DNA of 64,000 bases from Candidatus Bathyarchaeota archaeon (lineage in GTDB: Archaea; Thermoproteota; Bathyarchaeia; Bathyarchaeales; Bathycorpusculaceae): NCBI GenBank assembly GCA_963811105.1, contig CAWEPZ010000002.1:384001-448000 (forward strand), given 5' to 3'. The translations under genes and the position numbers were made by a program. Of the stretch, positions 11,171-22,003 are shown one piece after another (the stretch's first letter is position 1; every line of letters starts with the position of its first letter). The notes beneath the pieces are model-generated. The model searched no databases and had not been told where the DNA came from. It was given only the letters and a program-made list of their open reading frames with translations.

Positions 11171-11784
11171 TAGACCTTAATCGTTAATACTTTCGGTAAT
11201 CTCTCTATTGCTGATTCTTGTATCTTTTCCCAGTTTTTAAGATAGTTAATTTACTCAGAATCCGAAAGTTTACCAGTCCACACACGATATCTGTCATAGT
11301 GTCATAATGTATAAGGCGGTTCCTAAACTCATCAGCCCACACGTGAAACTTCTTAACCCTAGAATTCATATGTTCCACAACCACTCATCTATGTTTTGAA
11401 TATCTTAGCCTGTTGGTTTGGCCAAAGTTAATTAGGTAGCCAAGCAGCGTCGAGGATGGATAGAGATGTCAGTATATTAAGAGCTTGAGCTTTAGCAATC
11501 GGTCTGTTAGAGAGAGCTTGAAAGGTTGTCCTGCGCCGATATCTCTTTTTTCTGTCTTTTCATCCAAGCCGGTTCTGCTCGTAGGCATTGTATTTCTCTT
11601 CTATTTTCGTGGTTAAAGTGTCAAATTCAGGTATTTCAAAACCTGTAAAATTCTTGAAAATTGCAGGTTTTTTGGATAACACGCCGAATTTAGCATGTAA
11701 GCAGCCCAAATGGCTAATTATTGTGCCATATTCTAATAAATTCTTCGTTTTAAAGTTCAAAAACCTAATTACAGCTAAGGTCTA
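11171..11784 (-). mobile_element. Internally deleted IS5-family (ISL2-like) element
   Basis: Terminal inverted repeats TAGACCTTA at both ends; transposase fragments FKNFTGF..PEFD, RKRDIGAGQPFKL, VEHMNSRVKKF...GLVNFR with stops and frameshifts. Confidence 0.8.
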
Positions 11785-12052
11785 TTATTAATTCTCGCCA
11801 GATCAGCGATAAATTTTTGGAGAAACAAACTTGTTTCTTAAAACCCAAATGAAGTATATACCTTCTTCGACGATTTGTTGTTAGCGAACTTTATAAGAAG
11901 TTGGATTTGTTAGCATAGAAGACTTAACCTTTTTTTTTATTTAAATTCTGTTTTGAAGGTTACTCTGAAAGAATCTGACCTATCTAAACAGAGGGGCGGA
12001 TACTTAAAAGCTGCTTCTACTGAAAAACCTGAAGAAACATAGAAAAATGAAA

Positions 12053-13028
12053 CTAAAAACAAACTTTTTGCTCGGATATTTCAAGGTTTAACTGATTCTT
12101 TAGTGCTTTGTATCTGTTTCTTACTGTGACTTCTGTGACTCCGGCTGCGTCTGCGAGGTCTCTTTGTGTTATTTTTTCGTTGTTCTGTAGACAAGCTATG
12201 TAGAGTGCGGCTGCTGCCATGCCCATTGGGTCTTTTCCTGCTCCAACTCGTCTTCGTTTAGCCTCTCTTAGTATTGCGATTGCAGCGCCCTGTGTTTTGC
12301 CCGAAGTCTCTGTTTTTTCTGCAATTTTTGAAACATACGTTAGCGGGTCAGAGATTGGCATTTGAAAATTGAGTTCTTGCAGCAGCATTCTGATAGCATC
12401 TTGCAACGTCTTTTTTATCTACTAGGCTTGCGTTGGCGATTTCGCGAAGGCTTCTGGGTGATCCGCTTTTGCGGCAAGCAGCGTATAGTGCTGCGGCGGC
12501 GATGGAGTTGATTGATCTTCCGCGGACTAGGGCTTTGTCTAATGCTTTGCGGTATATTACTGCGGCTTTTTCTTTTATTGGTGGGGAAATGTTTACTTTG
12601 CTTGATAAGCGTTCAAGTTCTGCCATGGCTTGTGCGAGGTTTCGGTCGCTGGATGAGTGTACGCGGCTTCGTATTTGCCATTTTCTTAGGCGCCACATTT
12701 GTAGTCTTGTGGATAGGGGTAGTTTTCTTCCGAAGGCGTCTCTGTCGACTTGGCTGATGGTTGTGGATAATCCTTTGTCGTGAATTGAGTAGGATGTTGG
12801 CATGCCGACGCGGCTTTTTGATGTGTGCTCTTCTTGGGTGAAAGCGCGCCATTCCGGGCCTTTGTCTAACATTTGCTCGTACAAGACAAGGCCGCAGTCG
12901 CCGCAGATGGATTCGCCTGTGTCGTAGTCGTGAACGAGATTATTGCTTGAACATTCAGGACACTTGTCAACTAAGCGATTATGAGTTTTTGCTGATTCTT
13001 TGGTTATACCTATTTGGGTTATGCTCAT
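12053..13028 (-). CDS. tfb: Transcription initiation factor IIB (TFB), split by a 1-nt insertion near 12392
   Basis: CPEC..CGDCG Zn ribbon, GPEWRAF B-reader, two cyclin repeats; ARCY|RMLL junction restored by deleting one base. Confidence 0.92.
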
Positions 13029-13042
13029 TTTTCCAACTCAAT

Positions 13043-13189
13043 TTACTTGCCTATAATCGTCGCTATTAACTTTGGAATCTCCCGCAATGAAGGGTCGTCC
13101 TCAACGTGTAAAACCCGCAGTGCTAGTTCTCTAGCCAATTCTACGGCGCAGGAAAACCCGTGGCTGATAATATCCATCGATGAATCCAT
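13043..13189 (-). pseudogene. Short ORF carrying only the start of a receiver domain
   Basis: LRVLHVEDDPSLREIPK resembles IHVLHVDDDPSSLEISK of the 59235-63383 REC domain. Confidence 0.55.
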
Positions 13190-13228
13190 TTTCTTTCTTG
13201 TTTTCAAGAAGGTCCATCTTCGCGCGCT

Positions 13229-13534
13229 TTAGAACAGATAGGGTTTTCGGTATCTTGCTTCGTTTCCTGTTTCTTCGACTATGGGAAGTACTTCTCTGAG
13301 TTCTCTGAATTGCTTGAGAACTGTAATGCCGCGTTGGGTGATCGCGTATATTTTTCTTTCTCTATTAATGATTTTCATCTCAACTAATCCCTGCTTAATC
13401 AATAGGCCAAGGTACTCCTCCAGCACGCTGCAGTTAAGGTTAGCTTTGTACATGACGTGTGTTAGCTTCAAGGGACCCCAGTGAACCAGGACCTTCAGAA
13501 TATCTATATACGTTTCCAGTTTAGATCTTCTCAT
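13229..13534 (-). CDS. Winged-helix (HTH_45/ArsR-like) regulator upstream of tfb
   Basis: MRRSKLE.YIDIL...LKLTHVMYKANLN...YAITQRG. Confidence 0.88.
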   Translation of the reverse strand: MRRSKLETYIDILKVLVHWGPLKLTHVMYKANLNCSVLEEYLGLLIKQGLVEMKIINRERKIYAITQRGITVLKQFRELREVLPIVEETGNEARYRKPYLF

Positions 13535-13902
13535 ACATTGTCTTTTTTTTTGAAGCGCACTTCTATTAACAACGCCCTAATATTTCTGGCGTTAGTACGG
13601 TTCTTCTCCATGCATCATATTAGTGATGTGGGCTTATAGGCATGATGAATTAACTCATGGAATATTATAGAATAATATGCATTATTTGATAATAATATTT
13701 AATAATAAATATTTCAAATGCAAAGCTTGGCTGTTGTAAAACGACTTTCTTGTCCCTCGTTAACAATATGACTATACTTAGTTTTGCACTATTAAGTGAT
13801 TGGTTTTGGGGCACCAGGTTTATTGATAGCTAAGAACATGAATTTCAAATTCATAGTAAAATTCATAGCATTAATAAGTAAATTAAGCTAATCTTTAAGG
13901 AG

Positions 13903-15531
13903 TTGAGTTTGGCAAAGTTGAAACATATTGATCTCGCGCCTAGTAAGGAATGTAAATCTGTCGTGGAAAAGACTTTCAAAAAAGAAAGTATTGACATAGA
14001 CTCTGAGTGGTTAGGAGGGAAATGGGCAGAAGGGTTTGGCAAATCCCATTCACAATTTCACACATTGTTTTCTAAAATGCTGAACGCCATAGCATACTAC
14101 AAGATTATAACGGATGAGAACGGAAAACCGGCCTATTACATTTGTCTTGAAGCAAATGATGCCTTTGAAAGAATAACTGGACTCAAAAGAGAAACATACT
14201 TAGGCAAAAGGGCAACTGACTTGTGGCTGACAAATGGAAGTAATCTTCATAAAGTGATCGACACTTACGGACGTGTAGCTCTTGCCGTAGAGTCGCTTCA
14301 ATTTGAATACCAGATGGATCCGTTGAAAAAATGGTACAACATTTCTGCCTTCAGCGTTGAAAAAGGCTATTTTGTAACAATATTCGAAGACATCACAGAA
14401 CGCAAACTAATGGAAGAGAAACTCCGGCAGGGAGTAAAATACAATCGGGGTCTAATTGAGGCCAACCTTGACCCTCTTGTGATCATAGGGCAGGATGGAA
14501 AAATAACTGACGTGAATCGTGCAACAGAAAAAATAACCGGCCGACCGTACGTCGAACTTATTGGTACAGATTTCGCTGACTATTTCACCCAGCCAGAAAA
14601 GGCACGTTTATGCTATGAGATAGCCCTTCAAAAGGGCTCTATTCGTGACTACGAGCTGGAAATAAAAAGTAACGACGAAATCGAGAAACCAGTTTTATAT
14701 AACGCCTCGGTCTATCTCAACGACAACGGTGAAAACATCGGCGTGTTCGCCACTATACACGATATAACAGAACTCAAACATTTACAGGAAGATTTAATCA
14801 AATCAGCAAAATTCAACGTCATAGGTCAGTTGGCTTCTACTGTGGGACATGAACTTAGAAATCCATTAGGTGTAATTAAGAACTCTGTCTACTTTCTCAA
14901 TATGATTCTCAAAGATGATGCAGACAAAAGAATAGTTAAGCACCTGAAAATTTTGGACAAAAAAGTCGTCTCTGCAAACAATATCATAAATGATCTGCTT
15001 GATGTAACAAGAAAAAAAGTACCTACTCTTCAGTTAAACGACTTAAATAAAATGGTGACAAATGTACTCTCCCACCTCATGGTACCCGAGAACATAGTAC
15101 TAGACATTAAGCTAGCTAAAATTCCTAAATCGATCCTTGACGAAGAGCAAATCCAAAGAGTAATCCAAAACCTGATTATGAACTCAATTCAAGCCATGAC
15201 TGAAGGCGGAAAACTTACAATTCAAACAATAAAACAAGAAGAAACCTTGAAACTAATTGTAAAAGACACGGGAGTAGGTATCCCAAAGAAGAATATAGCC
15301 AATCTCTTTACACCTCTTTTCACAACTAAGGCTAAGGGAATCGGCTTAGGCTTAGTCATTTGCAAGCAGTTAGTAGAAGGTCACAATGGAACCATTACTG
15401 TTAAAAGTGAAGTTGGTGAAGGATCAGAATTCATTGTTGAATTACCTATTAAAGCGAAGAAGAAAATCACTGAACAATCAGTTCTCAATGCTTCTACGGT
15501 TTTCAAAGACGGTGTCTTGATTGAAGAATAA
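13903..15531 (+). CDS. PAS-PAS sensor histidine kinase
   Basis: Two PAS domains ending DITE; H-box GHELRNPL; N, G1 (DTGVG), F and G2 (GIGLGL) boxes. Confidence 0.93.
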   Translation: MSLAKLKHIDLAPSKECKSVVEKTFKKESIDIDSEWLGGKWAEGFGKSHSQFHTLFSKMLNAIAYYKIITDENGKPAYYICLEANDAFERITGLKRETYLGKRATDLWLTNGSNLHKVIDTYGRVALAVESLQFEYQMDPLKKWYNISAFSVEKGYFVTIFEDITERKLMEEKLRQGVKYNRGLIEANLDPLVIIGQDGKITDVNRATEKITGRPYVELIGTDFADYFTQPEKARLCYEIALQKGSIRDYELEIKSNDEIEKPVLYNASVYLNDNGENIGVFATIHDITELKHLQEDLIKSAKFNVIGQLASTVGHELRNPLGVIKNSVYFLNMILKDDADKRIVKHLKILDKKVVSANNIINDLLDVTRKKVPTLQLNDLNKMVTNVLSHLMVPENIVLDIKLAKIPKSILDEEQIQRVIQNLIMNSIQAMTEGGKLTIQTIKQEETLKLIVKDTGVGIPKKNIANLFTPLFTTKAKGIGLGLVICKQLVEGHNGTITVKSEVGEGSEFIVELPIKAKKKITEQSVLNASTVFKDGVLIEE

Positions 15532-16288
15532 AATTAATGTCTTGGTAGTTGACGACGACGTAGACATGACAGAAACCTTGTCAGACATTCTATCAACCAT
15601 AGGGATTCAAGTTGAAGTCGCCCACGACGGACTCCAAGCCCTCGAAAAAATCAAGATTAAAATGTTTGATATTGTTCTGATGGACATAAAAATGCCAAAA
15701 ATGAATGGAGTTGACTGCTTCAAAGAAATCAAAAAAATTCGACCCCAAACTATAGTGATGATGATGACTGCCTACGCCGCAGAAGATCTTATAGCAGAAG
15801 CCCTAAGGGAAGGAGTCTATGGAATTTGGTGTAAACCTGTAGAAATCCAAAGAGTTGTCGAACTCGTTGAAAATACCCCAAAAAAAAGCGCTTTACTTTT
15901 GATCATTGATGACGACCTTTCTACATGTGAAACCTTGGTTGACATTCTCCAAAATAAGGGCTACAGAGTGATCCAGGTAAGTAGCGGCGAAGAAGCAAAG
16001 AGAAAAATCAAAGAAAGAGACTTTGATTTAGTGTTCGTTGATGTTAAAATGCCAGTAATGAACGGTCTCGAAACTTATCTTGAATTGCGGAAAATCAGAC
16101 CGCATATTAAAACAATTATGATTACAGCTTACCGTCAAGAGGTACAGAGCCTAGTAGAAGAAGCCATTAGAAACAACCTCTACACATGCTTGTACAAGCC
16201 CTTGGACTTGGACAAACTGTTGAAGATTGTAGAAGAGATATTGGCTGTTAAGAAAAAAGTTGGAATTCAACGGATTGAGGCGAATTGA
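15521..16288 (+). CDS. Tandem receiver (REC-REC) response regulator
   Basis: Two REC domains, each with DD, D.KMP.MNG, TAY and KP. Confidence 0.92.
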   Translation: MKNKINVLVVDDDVDMTETLSDILSTIGIQVEVAHDGLQALEKIKIKMFDIVLMDIKMPKMNGVDCFKEIKKIRPQTIVMMMTAYAAEDLIAEALREGVYGIWCKPVEIQRVVELVENTPKKSALLLIIDDDLSTCETLVDILQNKGYRVIQVSSGEEAKRKIKERDFDLVFVDVKMPVMNGLETYLELRKIRPHIKTIMITAYRQEVQSLVEEAIRNNLYTCLYKPLDLDKLLKIVEEILAVKKKVGIQRIEAN

Positions 16289-16290
16289 AA

Positions 16291-16437
16291 ATGCCAATGG
16301 AAGACTTGATAGATCAAATCATATATGAGAATGTTTACTCATGTATTTACATTCCTTTTGATGCCAAAAAAGTTCTACAACTGCTGGAACAGGTAATGTT
16401 GGGAAATACAAAAGAGCCGATTCAGGAGAGGAATTGA
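16291..16437 (+). pseudogene. C-terminal receiver-domain fragment
   Basis: EDLIDQIIYENVYSCIYIPFDAKKVLQLLEQV parallels SLVEEAIRNNLYTCLYKPLDLDKLLKIVEEI. Confidence 0.55.
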
Positions 16438-16441
16438 TAGC

Positions 16442-16999
16442 ATGCCAGAAAAAGTGAGCATCCTGATGGTTGATGATGAAGAGGAAACGCTTGAAACCTT
16501 AAGTGACATCCTTCAGAAGAAAGGATTCTATGTGGAAACCGCCAAAACTGGGAAAGAAGCTCTCGCAAAAGCGGAAGAACGGTTCTTTAACGTTGTTCTC
16601 TTAGACATAAAACTGCCAGACATAACAGGCATAGAAGTGCTTCAGGCTCTCACTGAAAAGCGCCGTTCCACCATGACCATAATGATGACCGGGCACGCAA
16701 CAGTGCAAAACGCGGTAGATGCCAATAACTTCGGAGCCAACGCCTACCTCATGAAGCCAATAGATCCGGAAACGCTCTTCCAAGCAATAACAGAGTGCCT
16801 TAAGAAACAAGAGATATTCAACCTTCGAATTAGTCAGGGTATGCGAAAAATCCCCGTCAGCATATCTCTCTCAAACCGCATAATACAACAAATAGACCAA
16901 GAAGCTACACGGCAGAGAAGGACAAGAAGCGAATATATAGAGCTTCACTTTGAAACTTTATTTTTTCAAAAAAACTCCACCGAAAAAAAAAGCCGATAA
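16442..16999 (+). CDS. Response regulator: REC fused to a C-terminal ribbon-helix-helix domain
   Basis: REC (VDD, LDIKLPD, MTG, KP) plus KIPVSISLSNRIIQQIDQEA..RRTRSEYIE. Confidence 0.85.
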   Translation: MPEKVSILMVDDEEETLETLSDILQKKGFYVETAKTGKEALAKAEERFFNVVLLDIKLPDITGIEVLQALTEKRRSTMTIMMTGHATVQNAVDANNFGANAYLMKPIDPETLFQAITECLKKQEIFNLRISQGMRKIPVSISLSNRIIQQIDQEATRQRRTRSEYIELHFETLFFQKNSTEKKSR

Positions 17000-17521
17000 T
17001 ATAACTCTATACTCCATTTTAAGATAAAAAGAAAATACGAATGAATTTATTTCCAACTAACCAAGCACCTCAGTCCGTTGCTAAACTATTTGGATTGACA
17101 TTTTCTTGCTCAAGCAATTTATCTTTGATTGACTAAGCACTCTATTAAGGAAAAGAATAAAGGTTCTCGCCCCATTTTTCGCAGGTTGAACTTCGAGGAA
17201 GCAGAAAACGTCGTATCAGAGATCTACCATCACGAAGGGTGCTAACAGGCCTCCTAGAAACTCGATTGAAATTTTCAAAGCGCTGATAATCAAAAAAGCT
17301 GAGCAAATCCCAAGCAACAAAAACTATATCGACGATTGTAGGATGATCCAGATTTTAGGGAAGCCAGCGATATTGAAGCTGAACAAAAAACCATTATCCT
17401 TCACAGTTGACAGATTATTTCTTTCCATCGTCAAAAAACAATTTAATAAAATTTGAGCTCATTTTCGATTGCTAAAGAAGATGTGAATATTTCGAGGATT
17501 CTTTGAAATGGTTTATTTCAT

Positions 17522-18603
17522 TTAGAGTTTTTCGTAAACCATTATTTCTCGTGTTAATGTTCTGTGAACATAAACCAAGTGAGACTCAACGCGCTTATAT
17601 CCGAGATCTGCCACAAAACCCTCTATTTCCATCGATACTCGTGTCAACTCGGTTTTGTTTCAATCTGTTCACCATTATCGGCAACGCTACACAAATCCGT
17701 TGTCCCACTCCCAACAAACCATAAGTCGAAGCCAAAACATCCTTCACCAACTGCTTAGTCGTAGACTTAAGCGTGCTTGATGAGCGCCCATAAGGTGGAT
17801 CGGTAATCACGCAATCAACTTTGAATAAAGGGAGTCTTCGTGCGTCAGCCAAAATTAGGCCTTCTGACGCTATATTGAAGAAACGCAGGTTTTTTCTCGT
17901 ACCTATAATCATTCGCTTCTGAGCATCAACACCCACAGCCTTGCAGCCAATATAGGTAGCTTCAATAAGCGATGTGCCCGTGCCACAAAAAGGATCCAGC
18001 ACCAACCGTTCTGCTTTGCCATGAGCCAAATTAACCATGCAACGAGCCATCTTTGACGGCATTGCAGATGGGTGAAAGAAGGGTTTTTTGCGTGGCCTAC
18101 GCTCAGAGAAGGTTTTGGAGGTAATATCGGTGAGTTTTAAACCTAGCACCAGTTTTTCATTGGTTATTATTCCTAAAAAGATTTTGTCCGGGTTCTTCAG
18201 ACTCACTTTTGTGCCTTCAGTGCCGTTTAGAATTAGCTTACCCAGTTTCCCTTCAAGCACCATAGTATTCAATGCTTTATCAGCATAGTTTTTTATCCTG
18301 TTAATTCTCACAACGAAGCTTTCGCCAGGCTGCAAGACGGCTTTGAAGTTTGTTTGGGCAGCCACCTTAGCAATTTCAGTTAGGTTTGCGTTTGATACAA
18401 AAAGCTCCAAAGCACAAACTCGCGTATAAGCTGAGCGAATTTGAACCGCTTGCACACTGCACAACTCCGATTCCAATCGTAACACCTGATCGAGCATCCT
18501 GGGTACTTGAATATGAGTAACCTTCAGCTTCCAGAATTGCTTTAACTTCAGCAGCAGGAAGCGACTCATTCTCGCCTGAAAGAAGAAAAAATAGTTTTGC
18601 CAC
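17522..18603 (-). CDS. trm11: tRNA (guanine-10-N2) methyltransferase (THUMP + MTase), two 1-nt insertions near 18498 and 17635
   Basis: LSGENESLP.AE N-terminus; RPxKKPFFHP; LDPFCGTG; TDPPYG; true C-terminus VHRTLTREI lies in another frame. Confidence 0.88.
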
Positions 18604-19490
18604 TATTTTTGCGCCCTAAGTTCTTGGCTTAGCAATGGCGCTAAAGAAACCTTGCTTACACCGCCTGGTACACTGTCGGTTCCAACGATTTCTTCCACAC
18701 CTGCGTCAAGAATACGTTTTTGTGCGTCTCCAATAAGTAAGCCGTGTACGCACGCGCAAAAGATGTTTTTGGCACCTTGTTCGCGGAGGATTTTTGCTGC
18801 TCCAACAATAGTGCCACCTGTGCTGATTATGTCGTCAAAAATGATTACGGTTTTGTCTTTAACGTTCAAACCTTGTGCAGTTTGCTTTGTTTGTCCAGTG
18901 TAGCGGTCACGTTGTTTATCAAGGTGCCCTGCCTCGCCGCTTAAAATCTGCTGTGCTTGCTTGGCAATGTACATTGCGCCCTTATCAGGTGACAGCGCGA
19001 ACGCGCCTTTGAAGCCTTTATCAACGAAATATTTTGCAAGGAGCGGAATGGCGCTCACTGTTTTGGCTGGAAACGGAAACTGTCTCAGTGCAAGTTCCGA
19101 GTGAATGTTAACAGTCAATAACTCATCGATTCCTGCTGCCATGAGCATCCGCATGATAGTTTCAACGCTTATGCCCTCGCCTTCTAGAAAAGTCTTGTCT
19201 TGACGTGCATATGCTAAGTAAGGAACAACAGCCGTGACTTTATTGGCTCCAGCTCGTTTTGACGCATCTGCCATAAAAGCTAATTGAAGAAGCCTTCCAT
19301 CCTGAGCTGGGGGGCAGGTAGTCTGCACTATAGCTACGTTTTCGCCTTTGACGTCGCCTTCCAAACGAACATATGATTCGCCATCAGGAAAAATTTTTGA
19401 TGCGACAGAAATATTTTGGTAACCCGTCTGTGCTGAAACCGCTTCAGCGAGCTCCTTAGACGCTGGACCACAGATAAGCTTCAATTTCAT
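18603..19490 (-). CDS. prs: Ribose-phosphate pyrophosphokinase
   Basis: FPDGE, PYLAYARQD, SPDKGA, DDIISTGGT. Confidence 0.96.
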   Translation of the reverse strand: MKLKLICGPASKELAEAVSAQTGYQNISVASKIFPDGESYVRLEGDVKGENVAIVQTTCPPAQDGRLLQLAFMADASKRAGANKVTAVVPYLAYARQDKTFLEGEGISVETIMRMLMAAGIDELLTVNIHSELALRQFPFPAKTVSAIPLLAKYFVDKGFKGAFALSPDKGAMYIAKQAQQILSGEAGHLDKQRDRYTGQTKQTAQGLNVKDKTVIIFDDIISTGGTIVGAAKILREQGAKNIFCACVHGLLIGDAQKRILDAGVEEIVGTDSVPGGVSKVSLAPLLSQELRAQK

Positions 19491-19729
19491 TGCCTCTTTC
19501 TTTAAGAATGCAAGTTGTAGTTTTAAGGCTTTATCTGCACTTTTTCTTTATCGCAATAAGTTTACTATAGAAAGCTTGTTTGGGAAAGTATCGGTCTGAC
19601 CCAATTTTGTTAGAAAAATTCAACCATGGAAACGAAAACCTATTCACTGATTAGATGAGAAGATACTTTATCTTTTGCAAACAGTTTTAAGCATAATTCA
19701 ATTTTCCATTAGAAACGGATTGAAACTGA

Positions 19730-20515
19730 ATGGATACTTGGCGTTTACTACCATTAGAAATAAACAACGCCTTCATGAACATGGCAATAGATGAAGCAAT
19801 ACTCACCGAGCGAATCGTTGGACAAGTTCCGAATACGCTGCGTTTTTATCGTTGGCAACCCTCCGCAGTAAGCATCGGCAAAAATCAGAACCCGGAAAAA
19901 GAAGTTTACCTTGAAGCTTGCAAACAGTTGGGCGTGGATGTTGTTAGGCGCATCAGCGGAGGCGGCACAGTCTATCATGACTTTGAAGGTGAAATTACCT
20001 ACTGTGTTATCGCCAAAACAACAGATTTGGGAACCGCCGACATCACAACAGTTTACTTCAAAATTTACGAGGCAATAACCGATGCCCTTCGGCTTTTGGG
20101 TATACCCGCAGACTTCAGCGGAGGAGATACCAAAAACTGCCCCAACCTAACGGTTAATGGCAAAAAGATCTCCGGTAGCAGCCAAACCATAAGCCGCGGT
20201 ATCGTTCTGCAGCACGGTACGTTGCTACGAAGTGTTGATTTGCCAAAAATGTTCCAACTGTTAAAACTAAAAGGCGCTAGTTGCACTCAAGCTGCAGACA
20301 TTGCAAGTCGCAAAATTACAAGTATCCAAAACGAACTGCGACACAAAGTGATGCTTGACACAATTGTCAACGCGCTATCACAAGGATTCAAAGCCATTTT
20401 AAAGATTCAGCTTGAACCCGGAGAGCTATCGCAAGCTGAGCTGGATCTTGCCCAGAAACTTTTCACGTACAAATACTCTACAAAAGCATGGAATCTTAAC
20501 GGTGAAACCGCCTAA
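19730..20515 (+). CDS. lplA: Lipoate-protein ligase A family protein
   Basis: NMAIDEA, VVRRISGGGTVYHD, GKKISGS, LQHGT. Confidence 0.92.
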   Translation: MDTWRLLPLEINNAFMNMAIDEAILTERIVGQVPNTLRFYRWQPSAVSIGKNQNPEKEVYLEACKQLGVDVVRRISGGGTVYHDFEGEITYCVIAKTTDLGTADITTVYFKIYEAITDALRLLGIPADFSGGDTKNCPNLTVNGKKISGSSQTISRGIVLQHGTLLRSVDLPKMFQLLKLKGASCTQAADIASRKITSIQNELRHKVMLDTIVNALSQGFKAILKIQLEPGELSQAELDLAQKLFTYKYSTKAWNLNGETA

Positions 20516-21941
20516 GCTTTTTCCTTATGCCAACGCACACCCTGCGCCGTGTCCTCAAGCACAATGCCCATGCTTTTGAGCTGAGTTCTTATGGCGTCTG
20601 CTTCTACTCCAATTCTTGGTTTTGCGGGCTTCTTTACGCTTCTGTATTAATGCATCAATTTCAGCAGGAAAAGCTTCTTCCACTTCCACTTTGCCAACCA
20701 ACGCCTAAAACCTCATCTATCTGCATCATTAATGCGCCAACCTGAGCTGCCTCTGCTTTACTAACTTTGTTTTCATCAAGTAAGTTGTTGATTTCCCTTA
20801 CAAAATCAAACAGCGACGCCAACGCTGTCCCAATGTCCAAATCATCATCCATTGAACCGCCAAAACAGGCTTCCAATTTTTCTACAAAAACAGCTACGGT
20901 TCCTTTGCTATCCTTGCCCTGGTCAACATCATGCAGGCGCCTCACAAAATTACGGAGCCTGTCTACTGCCTTCTTCGCAGATTCCAAACCTTCAAAAGTA
21001 AAATTGAATTGCTGTCGATAATGCGTAGACATGAGCAGGTAACGAATTGAAATTGGGTCATAATTCTTCGCCAGTAAGTCACGCAGAGTATAGAAGTTGC
21101 CAAGGCGTTTAGCCATCTTTTTGCCTTCGACTAGCAAATGCTCATTATGCAGCCAATAATTGACAAATTTCTTGCCTGTTGCCGATTCGCTTTGTGCAAT
21201 CTCGTTCTCATGGTGGGGAAACATGTTGTCTACTCCACCGCAGTGTATATCGAAGGTTTCGCCAAGATACTTCATGCTCATGGCGCTACATTCGATGTGC
21301 CAGCCAGGCCTTCCTTTACCCAACTCCGTTTCCCAAAACACCTCGCCATCTTCTGGCGTCCAAGCTTTCCAAAGCGCAAAATCCTGAGCCTCCTCCTTGG
21401 CATACTCGTCATGTTTGACCCGGGCGCCTGCTTTGAGCTCGTTAGTTTTGATTTTTGAGAGTTTACCATAATCAGGGAACTTGTTGATTGCGTAGTAGAT
21501 TGAGCCGTCTTCGCCACGGTAAGCGTAGCCCTTATCCATCAGGGTTTTGATTAAAGTAACCATTTCCGCAATGTGATCTGTGGCTCGGGGATAAACGTCC
21601 GCTGGTTCAATGTTTAGGGCTTTTATGTCTTCAAAAAATGCTTGCACGTAAAAGTCGGTGAATTGCCCAAGCGGTATCTGCTGTTTTTGACTGCCCTTAA
21701 TGGTTTTGTCGTCAATGTCAGTCAGATTCATAACGTGCGCAACTTTGAAGCCTCGGTGTATTAGCCAACGCTTAAGCAAATCCTCAAACAAAAAGGCCCT
21801 AAAATTACCAATATGCGCATAATCATAAACCGTGGGGCCGCATGTGTAAATCTTGACTTTGCCGGAATCTAACGGCTTAAAAATTTCCTTTTTACGCGTT
21901 AATGTATTAAAAAAGTATATGCTTGATTGAGGATTTGTCAT
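20512..21941 (-). CDS. cysS: Cysteine--tRNA ligase; C-terminus broken by two 1-nt insertions near 20698 and 20608
   Basis: [23 protein letters not shown]; restored tail R.EARK.KNW..AD.IR..L...GI.LEDT..G.RW. Confidence 0.95.
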
Positions 21942-22003
21942 TTTTCAGCCCGAAGAAAATACAATGGCCGAAATTATTTAAGTATTCCATTATAAGCCTT
22001 TAC

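Noticed and set aside
13655-13715. AT-rich AATAATAT reiterations
   Set aside because: Low-complexity promoter DNA; cannot be distinguished from chance without comparative data.
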